DNA of 32,000 nucleotides from Candidatus Methylomirabilis oxygeniifera (lineage in GTDB: Bacteria; Methylomirabilota; Methylomirabilia; Methylomirabilales; Methylomirabilaceae): the NCBI GenBank assembly GCA_000091165.1, contig FP565575.1, positions 1,980,001-2,012,000 on the forward strand, written 5' to 3'. Below, one piece after another: positions 18,811 through 26,666 of this stretch. The stretch's first letter is position 1. Each line of letters opens with the position of its first letter. The notes under the pieces are model-generated. The model searched no databases and was not told the DNA's origin. It saw only the letters and a list, made by a program, of their open reading frames with translations. The position numbers and the translations under genes were made by a program.

Positions 18811-19725
18811 TTAACCGCTGAATTCACTAGCGGCAAGATACGCCTCCCCTGTCTGCGACGCGTGTCTTCTCACACGCTCAACAACGTCCGCAAGGCCCAT
18901 GATTCCACCAAGGATCAGATACAGATGGTTGTGGTCAAACAGTAGAATCGGAGTTCTTTCTCCTGATGCTTCCTGTAGGGCGACTGACGAGTACCCGGAG
19001 ATCGAAACCATGATGCCCATCGTATTGTCCGCCTTTGAAGTAACCTTCTTGAAAAAGGTGTCGATATCGTTGGCGCCCGCTTGTTCGGTGGTGAATTTCA
19101 GCTCTACGAGGTAAGTGGTACCGGAAAGCGTCAGCGAGCCGTCGATCTGGCGACCTGCGTGGACATAGGGCTTACGATTAGGAATTTCGGAGAAATCGAC
19201 CAGGTCGTAGAACCAGTTCTGGAAATCATATCCTGCCTGTTGATCTCCGAGCCTCGTACCCAATTCGGTCAATCGGTCATTGAGTTTTTTGAGGGACTGT
19301 TGGGAGCGACTGACTTGCCCCTGACGTTTTCGAAATTCCTCCTTGGCTTTCTGTTTCTCTTCTTCCGATTGCAGTTCGTCCTCTTGCTGGGAGTGGTACA
19401 CGCGCAGGCGTGTGACGGCATCGTGCGCGGCCTTGATTTTCTGCGCCGAGTCTTCCCAATTCTGGAGATCCGGAAAAGTTTGTTGATCCATTAGGTGGGT
19501 GGCAATTCGCAAGAGCCCTGAGCGCCCTTGGTCGGTCTTCGGAAGCTCAGTAAAGACGCGATCAAGGAAGTCTCTCTTTGTCTCCTCAGACCCCCACGTC
19601 GCTATGAACGACTCGGAAATCCCACACTGGCGGAGAAACTTCGACAACGCTTTCTTCCTCCAGAATGACTTCAGGCAGGTGTCGTAAACCAAGCCAATGT
19701 AGTATGGTGTCAATCGAGACTTCAC
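18811..19725 (-). CDS. Putative PD-(D/E)XK endonuclease domain protein with coiled-coil N-terminal half
   Basis: C-terminal GYDFQNWFYDLVDF...HAGRQIDGSLTLSGTTYLVELKFT matches a D-x(n)-ExK nuclease core; K/E/Q-rich central coiled coil. Confidence 0.72.
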   Translation of the reverse strand: MKSRLTPYYIGLVYDTCLKSFWRKKALSKFLRQCGISESFIATWGSEETKRDFLDRVFTELPKTDQGRSGLLRIATHLMDQQTFPDLQNWEDSAQKIKAAHDAVTRLRVYHSQQEDELQSEEEKQKAKEEFRKRQGQVSRSQQSLKKLNDRLTELGTRLGDQQAGYDFQNWFYDLVDFSEIPNRKPYVHAGRQIDGSLTLSGTTYLVELKFTTEQAGANDIDTFFKKVTSKADNTMGIMVSISGYSSVALQEASGERTPILLFDHNHLYLILGGIMGLADVVERVRRHASQTGEAYLAASEFSG

Positions 19726-19800
19726 TGTTTTTTGGCCAACGCCTCGGCGCCGATCGGCCAGCAGAGCTAGCCCGCTGAAGCGCCCTATTCTGCGTGCCCT

Positions 19801-21153
19801 CTATTTCTTCAGGACCGCCAGTATCTTCGCAGCTACAACTGCCACTCCCTCCGCAGACTGCGCTGCGACTCGATCAGCCAGGGTCGGCGAGTAAGCCAGG
19901 ACGCCGTCACGATCGGTCTCGTGCCACACAGGCAGCACAGCCTTCTCGCCCGACGCCGTCTCACGAGCGACGAGCCCGTCAAGCTCTTTCTGCGGCCACT
20001 GTTTCCGAAAGAAGTGAGGGCTTAGGATGACCACCCCATACCGGCATTTCGTGAGGCCTTCGTCGATCTTGCGGCGCAAGCTATCGCCCAGTTCCAGGAC
20101 CGCCTCGTCAAACCACACCCTCACGCCCTGAGCGTTGAGTTCCTGATACAGCGGTCGCGCGATCGCATCTTTGTCCTCGGACGCATGCGAAATGAAGACG
20201 TCGAATGGTTCGAGTTGCTGGTTCTGCGCCTGCCCCGCTTGACTGGGCTCTTGGATTCGCTTGTCGATCGATGTGAGGGCCTCGGCCTGCTGCTGTTTGA
20301 GGTCCGTGATTTGCCGATGAATCGCCATCTCGGAGGGTTGGGTTTGCGCCACCCTCGTGATAGCCTCAAGCGCGTGCTGCACGTCGGCCACCAGATCCTG
20401 AAACGCCTGGGAAGGCAGATCGAAACCCGGTGTCTGTTGAGCGAGTTGCAAAAGTTGCTGACCCAGTTCCTGGACCTGGATCGCCGATTCAGCAGTCGGC
20501 TTGGCTTGAAATTGTCGGAAAGCCGCCTCGAACTGCGCCCTTACCTGGTTTAGAGCCGTCAGCGGTCGGGTAGGAGCAAGAAGGTTGAAAACCGCTGTCT
20601 GTTGTTGCTTGACATTCTCCCGCACTTGTCCCCATTGCCGCGCTAGGTCCAGCTTTTTGTTCAACGCGCCGTGAATGTTGATGATCGATTGAGTCTCCCC
20701 TGTCTCCTGACTGCGTTGCGTGGCCAGTAGGGCGATGTCAATCTCTGACCAGATTTTAGCTAAGGTCCTTTCTCGCATAGCATCAAACGAGGGGAGGGCA
20801 TTGCCACGCAAGTTCTCACTAGCGAAACGATGTATCGTGATCAGGTCGTCACAGTCAGCGGCCAGTTGACTAGCAATCTCCTCTTTAAGCTGACGATTGA
20901 GCCCAACATCGATAGCTAACGATTGACCTGATACAATACGGCTCAGCACTTTCCAAGCCAGCAGTGCCCGGATGTCCAGTTCGCGCATGAGCGCCTGTCC
21001 GGTTTTCTCCTTTAATCCCCCCGACGTCCCAAGGCCCTGAAGAGCCAGCTCCTGCTGGATTTCTTGGACCTCTCGGCTAAATCTTTCCCGCCGTCCGTCA
21101 AATTCGATTCGGATTCGCGTTATAGCGAGTTCAAGTAGCTCAGGGTTTAACAT
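19801..21153 (-). CDS. Helical N-terminal region with C-terminal TIR domain; candidate TIR effector
   Basis: FDVFISHASEDKDAIARPLYQELNAQGVRVWFDEAVLELGDSLRRKIDEGLTKCRYGVVILSPHFFRKQWPQKELDGL is a clear TIR domain. Start at 21153 (MLNPELL) or 21189. Confidence 0.93.
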   Translation of the reverse strand: MLNPELLELAITRIRIEFDGRRERFSREVQEIQQELALQGLGTSGGLKEKTGQALMRELDIRALLAWKVLSRIVSGQSLAIDVGLNRQLKEEIASQLAADCDDLITIHRFASENLRGNALPSFDAMRERTLAKIWSEIDIALLATQRSQETGETQSIINIHGALNKKLDLARQWGQVRENVKQQQTAVFNLLAPTRPLTALNQVRAQFEAAFRQFQAKPTAESAIQVQELGQQLLQLAQQTPGFDLPSQAFQDLVADVQHALEAITRVAQTQPSEMAIHRQITDLKQQQAEALTSIDKRIQEPSQAGQAQNQQLEPFDVFISHASEDKDAIARPLYQELNAQGVRVWFDEAVLELGDSLRRKIDEGLTKCRYGVVILSPHFFRKQWPQKELDGLVARETASGEKAVLPVWHETDRDGVLAYSPTLADRVAAQSAEGVAVVAAKILAVLKK

Positions 21154-22492
21154 TACCCTTTGCCTGTAGCACGGCTTCAATGGGCTCAATAGCGGTGCTC
21201 ACTCGAACTTGGCCGGTCATGAGCAGGTGGAGCATGGAAGAGAAAAGTGACTTAAGAGTATCGCGCCTTGCCCATGCCAACTCCAGCTTGTTATCCAGAC
21301 AGCGCAAGCTATGTGCGATCTCTTGCTGCTCTTCGATAGAGGGTCTGGGGGTCGACCATGGTTTGAGAAAGTTAATGTTGATATTCTTCTGCGTCCCCTT
21401 TGGAGCCAGATGGTTCATGTCCGCTTTCTGCGTGCGGAGATAGCATTCCAGGAAAGCGGCATCCATAGTTCCATCTGGAGTGATTCCAACTAGGCTGTCC
21501 GGAAAGGCGCTATCGAATTCCAGAATCGCCGTGTCAGCGATATTTGCCGCAATGGTGAGCACGATCGTTCCTTTCGGGAATAGTCGGCTGATCGCCAGAC
21601 CTTCTTCATTAAGTGTCTGCGAATAGGTCCGAATGCGCCCGTTCGATTTGGCAACGTCCCCAGTCTGAATAAATGGGATCGCCCCCCCATAGAATCGCGG
21701 CTCATTCCGAGGACGATGGGTAAACTTTCCACGCTCGATGCTCGCTAGTTCACAGAGTCTCATCACCTCCCAGCTCTCGGGGATCTCGCCGATTTCGGTT
21801 TGCTTGAGGGGTTCGCCTCGCAGGCCTTCACAAAAAAGCTTGGCCGTGGTTGCGGCCTTAAGTTCCTTGAGCGCGGCGACGAGCTTGTCTTGTACCTCTA
21901 CCGCCGCTTGAATCTTGGACAGCACCGCCGCAATAGCGTGCTGCTCAGCAAGAGGAGGAACAAGTATCTCCTGCCCTAGGATGTCACCATCGGTTACAGC
22001 CGGATAACTGGCGCCTCGCTGCAGGTTGCCGATACGCTCGATGAATTCGTCCGTCAAGAGGGTATAGTAGATAAATCGAGAATCCGCCTGCGTAGGATTA
22101 GCTCGGAGGACGCAAAAGGCAGTGGACACAATCTGACCGTCAAGGTACTCCGGAATCATAGCAATGCGCCTCAGCATTGGGCGCACGGTCGCAAAAATCA
22201 CGTCATTGGCCCCCACAAGTTTGCGTGCCCGACTAGGAGCTGTTGTTCCCAAGTGCTCCGTGGAACCTGTAATCTTCCACAGATCATTGGATACTGCCGA
22301 GACATCAATGTATTGAAACGATGTGGCGGGGCTCTTCGTTGGGTCGGTAAGCTCAGTTGCCAGACAGAGCGAGCGAAGAGGAACTGTTCTCCAGCCATCC
22401 GGTATTCCGGAACCGTTTTGGGCTGCCCGTTCCAAAGTCAAAAACTGAGACCTTTGACGAGAGCGTCGGTACGCCTTTGTGACAGTCCTCAT
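21140..22492 (-). CDS. hsdS: Type I restriction enzyme specificity (S) subunit
   Basis: Two target-recognition halves, each ending in a conserved helix: LVPPLAEQHAIAAVLSKIQAAVE and RPSIEEQQEIAHSLRCLDNKLE. Confidence 0.95.
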   Translation of the reverse strand: MRTVTKAYRRSRQRSQFLTLERAAQNGSGIPDGWRTVPLRSLCLATELTDPTKSPATSFQYIDVSAVSNDLWKITGSTEHLGTTAPSRARKLVGANDVIFATVRPMLRRIAMIPEYLDGQIVSTAFCVLRANPTQADSRFIYYTLLTDEFIERIGNLQRGASYPAVTDGDILGQEILVPPLAEQHAIAAVLSKIQAAVEVQDKLVAALKELKAATTAKLFCEGLRGEPLKQTEIGEIPESWEVMRLCELASIERGKFTHRPRNEPRFYGGAIPFIQTGDVAKSNGRIRTYSQTLNEEGLAISRLFPKGTIVLTIAANIADTAILEFDSAFPDSLVGITPDGTMDAAFLECYLRTQKADMNHLAPKGTQKNININFLKPWSTPRPSIEEQQEIAHSLRCLDNKLELAWARRDTLKSLFSSMLHLLMTGQVRVSTAIEPIEAVLQAKGNVKP

Positions 22493-22609
22493 TACTCATC
22501 CTCTTCCAGAGGGGAGGCAGAAGTTAATCCGCCGACGGGCCATGCGAAGTAGCCGCTCTATGACTGTCTGGATGATAACTACCTCATTTTTTGCAGAAAG
22601 AAGTTCAAT

Positions 22610-23493
22610 CTACGACCGCTCCATGGGAATCTTGAGAGGTGGTTGCCACCGTGACTTCTCAATCTCTTCCCTGAGCGCGACAGCGGTCGGCGTTGCTAAG
22701 TCTGGTTCGAATAGAGAGAGCGTGTGTCTAACAAAATCAACGATCTGAGCAAGGGTTTCTCGTATCGGGGTTCTATCGAACAAGCCTATATAGACTGAAA
22801 GCTCGAAGTTCACATCCACATGAGGATTGGGTCCAGCAACCCTAAGGGGGAAGCGCAACAACTCTGCACCAGGCTCCAGTGGGCGTCCCGGGATATGAGA
22901 TGTTCCAGATTCACCAACGACCTCGCAATCGCGCACAGTTTCCAGTCGAATTGTAGCCTTCCAATTGGAGGGCACCAGGGTCACGAACCTCAATACTCTG
23001 TGTTTGTCAGTGTTTGATAGATCATTAAGAGATAGCAGGGGGTGTACGCGTGGACCGTCCCATCCGCGATACGGCTGCAACTGTTCAATAATTGCGCAGT
23101 GCGAGGGGCTTACGTGGCTTACCATACGCTGGACGTTCCGGTCGTTCCAACCAGATGCATTTCGACATATGGGAAACTGAGTACGCTGCGGTCGCCCTCC
23201 TGAGTCCAGCGGCTCACGCATCGAGTGAAGGATCGAGAGATCCCACACGAGGTGATCGAGGGCACCCCGCAGATTGTGTATTATTTCGCCCGCTAACAGA
23301 CCCCAATGGGGGGACACTCTGGAACTGAGATGATAGTACACACCCATTCCTGGCGATCTTGGTCGAAATTTTGCGTGATATCTATCGGGTCTCTTTTTCC
23401 GGGAGTTACAAACGCTTCGACTTCCTGATCGAGTCGTTTAAGGTGTTGTTCGCCCCGATGGAATTTGAGCCAACAGCCTGGCATGGAAGTCAT
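22610..23493 (-). pseudogene. Conserved hypothetical protein split by a -1 nt frameshift at a C6 (minus strand) run
   Basis: N-terminal ORF 23293-23493 (...LDQEVEAFVTPGKRDPIDITQNFDQDRQEWVCTIISVPECPP) and C-terminal ORF 22610-23347 (...HWGLLAGEIIHNLRGALDHLVWDLSI...) join into one continuous protein if one C is added at the run 23308-23313. Confidence 0.75.
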
Positions 23494-23657
23494 GAGATAT
23501 CTTTACCCTCTTGGCAACAAGGATTGCTGGTGGGCAACCTCCCAACTCTCTGGGATGTCACCCAATGTGGTGGTCTTGAAAGGTTCGACGCGAGTCACTG
23601 CTAATCCTCGGCCGGAACCAGGGCGCGCCCGCTAGTCATTGCCAGAAGCCCGAGGAC

Positions 23658-23688
23658 TTTTCGAAATCACAATTTGTGATTTCGAAAA
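23658..23688. repeat. Perfect 31-nt dyad (15-bp arms, 1-nt centre)
   Basis: TTTTCGAAATCACAA-T-TTGTGATTTCGAAAA read directly. Confidence 0.97.
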
Positions 23689-23764
23689 CTAAGGTTGCCA
23701 AAATGAAACCTCCATGTCCGTGGTGGTCGCAGATTGCGACCGCCTCAGCATAGTCATCATCTAG

Positions 23765-25711
23765 CTAAGCCCCGCATCGATATCCGAGTCCTATGAAGAT
23801 CTCCTTCAGCTCACTATCCAATTGCTTCACTTCCGCGTCCAGCTTCGAAAGGTCATCCAGGACTGTCTGGATGTCGCGATGCTCGGTCGGCGCGGTGGTT
23901 TCGATGTAGCGCGAAGGCGAGAGATTATAGTCGTTCTTGGCGATCTCCTCGATACTGGCGACCTTGACGAAGCGTTCAACGTCCTTGCCTGCATGGAACG
24001 CCTCAGCGATCTTCTTGACCGACGCATCGGGAATGAAGTTTTTCGGGCGGCCTTTCTCGAATTCGGTGCTGGCGTTGATCAGAATCACGCGGCCCTGTCG
24101 GCCTTTGGCTTTCTGTCGGTTGAGGAGGATGATGATCCCGGCTGCTGTGGTGTTGTAGAAAAGATTGTCCGGGAGGAGGATGACGCCCTCGATCGCGTCG
24201 CGGTCCACAAACCAGCGGCGGATGGTTTTTTCCTTATTTTCGCCTTGGCTTCCGCTGCCCCGGCTGGCGGCCCCCGTATCAATGACCACAGCCGCGCGGC
24301 CAGCGTCATTGAGCGAGGCGTGGACATGCTGGAGCCAGGCCCAGTCGGCGCTCGAGGCAGGGGCAAATCCGCCGCGCTCCACAAAGCGCTCGAATGGATC
24401 GTTTTCATACGATGCGGGGTCGAAATTGTCCTGGTTCCACATCGGATTGGTGACCACGATGTCGAAACGCCTGAGGCTCGATCCATCAAGAAACTTCGGG
24501 TTGGCCATCGAGTTGCCACGGACGATCTCCCCCTCCATGTCGTGCAGGACCATGTTCATCCGGGCGATGGCGAAGGAGGACCCTGTCAATTCCTGGCCGT
24601 ATAGCCTAAGGGGCCGGGCGATCTCTTCCTCCTGCCCTTTGAGCACAAGCTCACACTTGATGAGGAGTCCGCCGGACCCGCAGCATGGGTCGTTTACCTC
24701 CTCCCCCTGTTTCGGCCTCATGAGATAGGCGATGAGCCACCCGACCTCTTTGGGCGTGAAGAACTCGCCAGCGCTCTGCCCCTGGCCTTCTGCAAATTTG
24801 CGCAGCAGGTACTCGTAGGCGCGTCCGAGGAAGTCGGGTTCGACGTCGTGAAGCCCCATACGATAGCGCGGGTCGCTCAGTAACTCGATAAGGCGAGACA
24901 GCGCCCCATCGCTGATCTCTCGTTCGCCGTTGCGGATCTCGTTATAGTCGACGATGTCGATCACCCCCTGGAGGGAGGGGTTCAGTCGCGCAATGGCGCG
25001 GACGGTCGTCGTGAGCTGCTCGCCCAGCGTCTTGGGTCTTTTACCTTCAGGCCATTCGAACATCTGCCGGCTACTGACCACAGGCCACGTGGCCTGTGGT
25101 GGGATGTAAAAGCGAACGACGCCGTGGTCCGCTTCAAGCACTGTGCGGGCTCTCTCCTCGTTCCCTTCGTAGGTTTCGGTCAGTCCGGCCATTTCATCCT
25201 CGAAGACATCGGAGAGCCGCTTGATAAAAACCAGTGGCAAGATGTAATCCTTGAATTTCGGCGCGTCTTTCTCGCCCCGGATAGAGCAGGCCGCCTTCCA
25301 GAGAAGACCTTCCATAGATTTTGTATCGAGACTCGGACTGATTGATGCTTTCGGACGGCCGACGTCTGTTCCGCCGGCCCTCTTGCCGCGCTTCGTGCGC
25401 TTGCGAGGCGGAGGGACAGGGATGTCGATTCCCGGGAGGGTGGCGACTTGATCGCCGAAATACAGCTCGAGCAGATCGTTGTATGCCGGGCCGAGCCTCT
25501 GGAGGTACTGCTCGATGACATGAAGGGCCATAGCATCCGGTCTCGTCTTGCCCTTTTCCCACCGGTTGATGGTCGGAAGCGACACGCGGAGCTGCGCAGC
25601 CAGTTTCTCCTGACTAATGCCTAAACGCCGGCGCAGATCACTAATGAGCTTGGAAATATTAATGTCATACCTCATGGAGGTTATCATCTGACATCTCATA
25701 TGATAAGTCAA
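23765..25711 (-). CDS. hsdM: Type I restriction enzyme M subunit with N-terminal XRE-family HTH domain
   Basis: HTH: LISDLRRRLGISQEKLAAQLRVSLPTINRWEKGKTRP; methyltransferase: SAGEFFTPKEVGWLIAYLM, VNDPCCGSGGLLIK, FDIVVTNPMW. Exact start among several Met codons is uncertain. Confidence 0.93.
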   Translation of the reverse strand: MTYHMRCQMITSMRYDINISKLISDLRRRLGISQEKLAAQLRVSLPTINRWEKGKTRPDAMALHVIEQYLQRLGPAYNDLLELYFGDQVATLPGIDIPVPPPRKRTKRGKRAGGTDVGRPKASISPSLDTKSMEGLLWKAACSIRGEKDAPKFKDYILPLVFIKRLSDVFEDEMAGLTETYEGNEERARTVLEADHGVVRFYIPPQATWPVVSSRQMFEWPEGKRPKTLGEQLTTTVRAIARLNPSLQGVIDIVDYNEIRNGEREISDGALSRLIELLSDPRYRMGLHDVEPDFLGRAYEYLLRKFAEGQGQSAGEFFTPKEVGWLIAYLMRPKQGEEVNDPCCGSGGLLIKCELVLKGQEEEIARPLRLYGQELTGSSFAIARMNMVLHDMEGEIVRGNSMANPKFLDGSSLRRFDIVVTNPMWNQDNFDPASYENDPFERFVERGGFAPASSADWAWLQHVHASLNDAGRAAVVIDTGAASRGSGSQGENKEKTIRRWFVDRDAIEGVILLPDNLFYNTTAAGIIILLNRQKAKGRQGRVILINASTEFEKGRPKNFIPDASVKKIAEAFHAGKDVERFVKVASIEEIAKNDYNLSPSRYIETTAPTEHRDIQTVLDDLSKLDAEVKQLDSELKEIFIGLGYRCGA

Positions 25712-26048
25712 TAAGAAAATTCCCAGTCACACCAATGTGGGAACACAGCGAATCAACTCCAAATCTATTCTTCTTTTTGGCGTTGACCTTACGTGGGAAC
25801 GAACCCATGCGACCCGAAGGGTCAGCGCTCAGGATCTGGTAAGTTGTATGGGGAACGAAGGGAAAAAGGTGCTGGGGGCACAGTGCGGGGATGTGAGGTG
25901 AGGGTGGAGCGGCATTTGCGCTATGCGCGGAAACTCGGCTTCTTCCACCTGAGGACTCCTACGTGGATGGAGTTCGAAGCCCCTGTAGACGGAGTTTACA
26001 ACGTGGCTTCGCATGGCCACGCTTTGAATCGACTGAGGGTTCACTCCC

Positions 26049-26165
26049 CGCGGCTTGCCGCGAGTTCGTCATACCGGCGGAAGCCGGTATCCAAGGGTCA
26101 GACTGGATTCCGTGTCAAGCACGGAATGACGGGCCAGAACGGGGGGATACCTCGCGGCTTGCCGC
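26049..26165. repeat. Composite dispersed palindromic (REP/MITE-like) repeat cluster
   Basis: CGTCAT...ATGACG element (26067-26131) with two hairpins ATACCGGC-GGAA-GCCGGTAT and ATTCCGTG-TCAAG-CACGGAAT, flanked by two copies of CGCGGCTTGCCGC (26049-26061, 26153-26165). Confidence 0.85.
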
Positions 26166-26263
26166 AAGGTAGTTCATTACCTCTCAGAACACACGATTAG
26201 TGCACCGTTAAGCTATTGTCGCTCAGCGATCCTCCAGGATTAATCGGAGTGAATAATTGTCCA

Positions 26264-26343
26264 CGTAGGTCGGGATGGTTCGCAGGACCGACCTACTCGA
26301 CTCGTTTGATTCGTCTGGTTACGCTGCGCTAACCCGACCTACG
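26264..26343. repeat. 80-bp element with perfect 11-bp terminal inverted repeats
   Basis: CGTAGGTCGGG (26264-26274) / CCCGACCTACG (26333-26343); inner ggttacgctgcgctaaccc palindrome. Confidence 0.8.
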
Positions 26344-26353
26344 CAACTGATGA

Positions 26354-26557
26354 TTACCCGCGAAGAATTCGGACCCGGACCGCTTTTGCGCGGCCGCGAT
26401 CGTCCTGACCCAGGTCAAACTCGACGTCGTCGTTTTCCCTCGGGGTGGCGCCCCCCTCCACGTCGCTCGCGTGAACAAACGCATCCTGCCCGCCGTCGTC
26501 CCGCACGATAAACCCAAAGCGCTTTGTCACGTTGAACCACTTCACTTTGCCTTTCAT
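26354..26557 (-). CDS. Cold shock domain protein
   Basis: 67 aa MKGKVKWFNVTKRFGFIVRDDGGQDAFVHASDVEGG...; strong GAGGAGGAG ribosome binding site upstream. Confidence 0.95.
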   Translation of the reverse strand: MKGKVKWFNVTKRFGFIVRDDGGQDAFVHASDVEGGATPRENDDVEFDLGQDDRGRAKAVRVRILRG

Positions 26558-26666
26558 GCTCGTCTCCTCCTCTAGTCTTGAGAGCCTACAGCCTTTCAAC
26601 GCCCTGTCCCTATGGACAGGAATCTTTGCTCCACACCCCCACATCCTTCGCTGCACCACACTTCGA

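Noticed and set aside
23359-23604. 81-aa plus-strand ORF
   Set aside because: Largely antisense to the N-terminal half of the frameshifted conserved hypothetical; no independent support.
25793-26200. 135-aa plus-strand ORF between hsdM and csp
   Set aside because: Its C-terminal part is translation of dispersed palindromic repeats (YRRKPVSKGQTGFRVKHGMT); the N-terminal part has no recognisable domain.
26050-26343. Possible CRISPR array at the repeat-rich right flank
   Set aside because: Repeats are hairpins of different families, only two copies of one 13-mer, and there is no regular spacer length or cas gene.
26275-26511. 78-aa plus-strand ORF with GYAALTRPTQ
   Set aside because: Starts in the inverted-repeat element and continues antisense to the cold shock gene.
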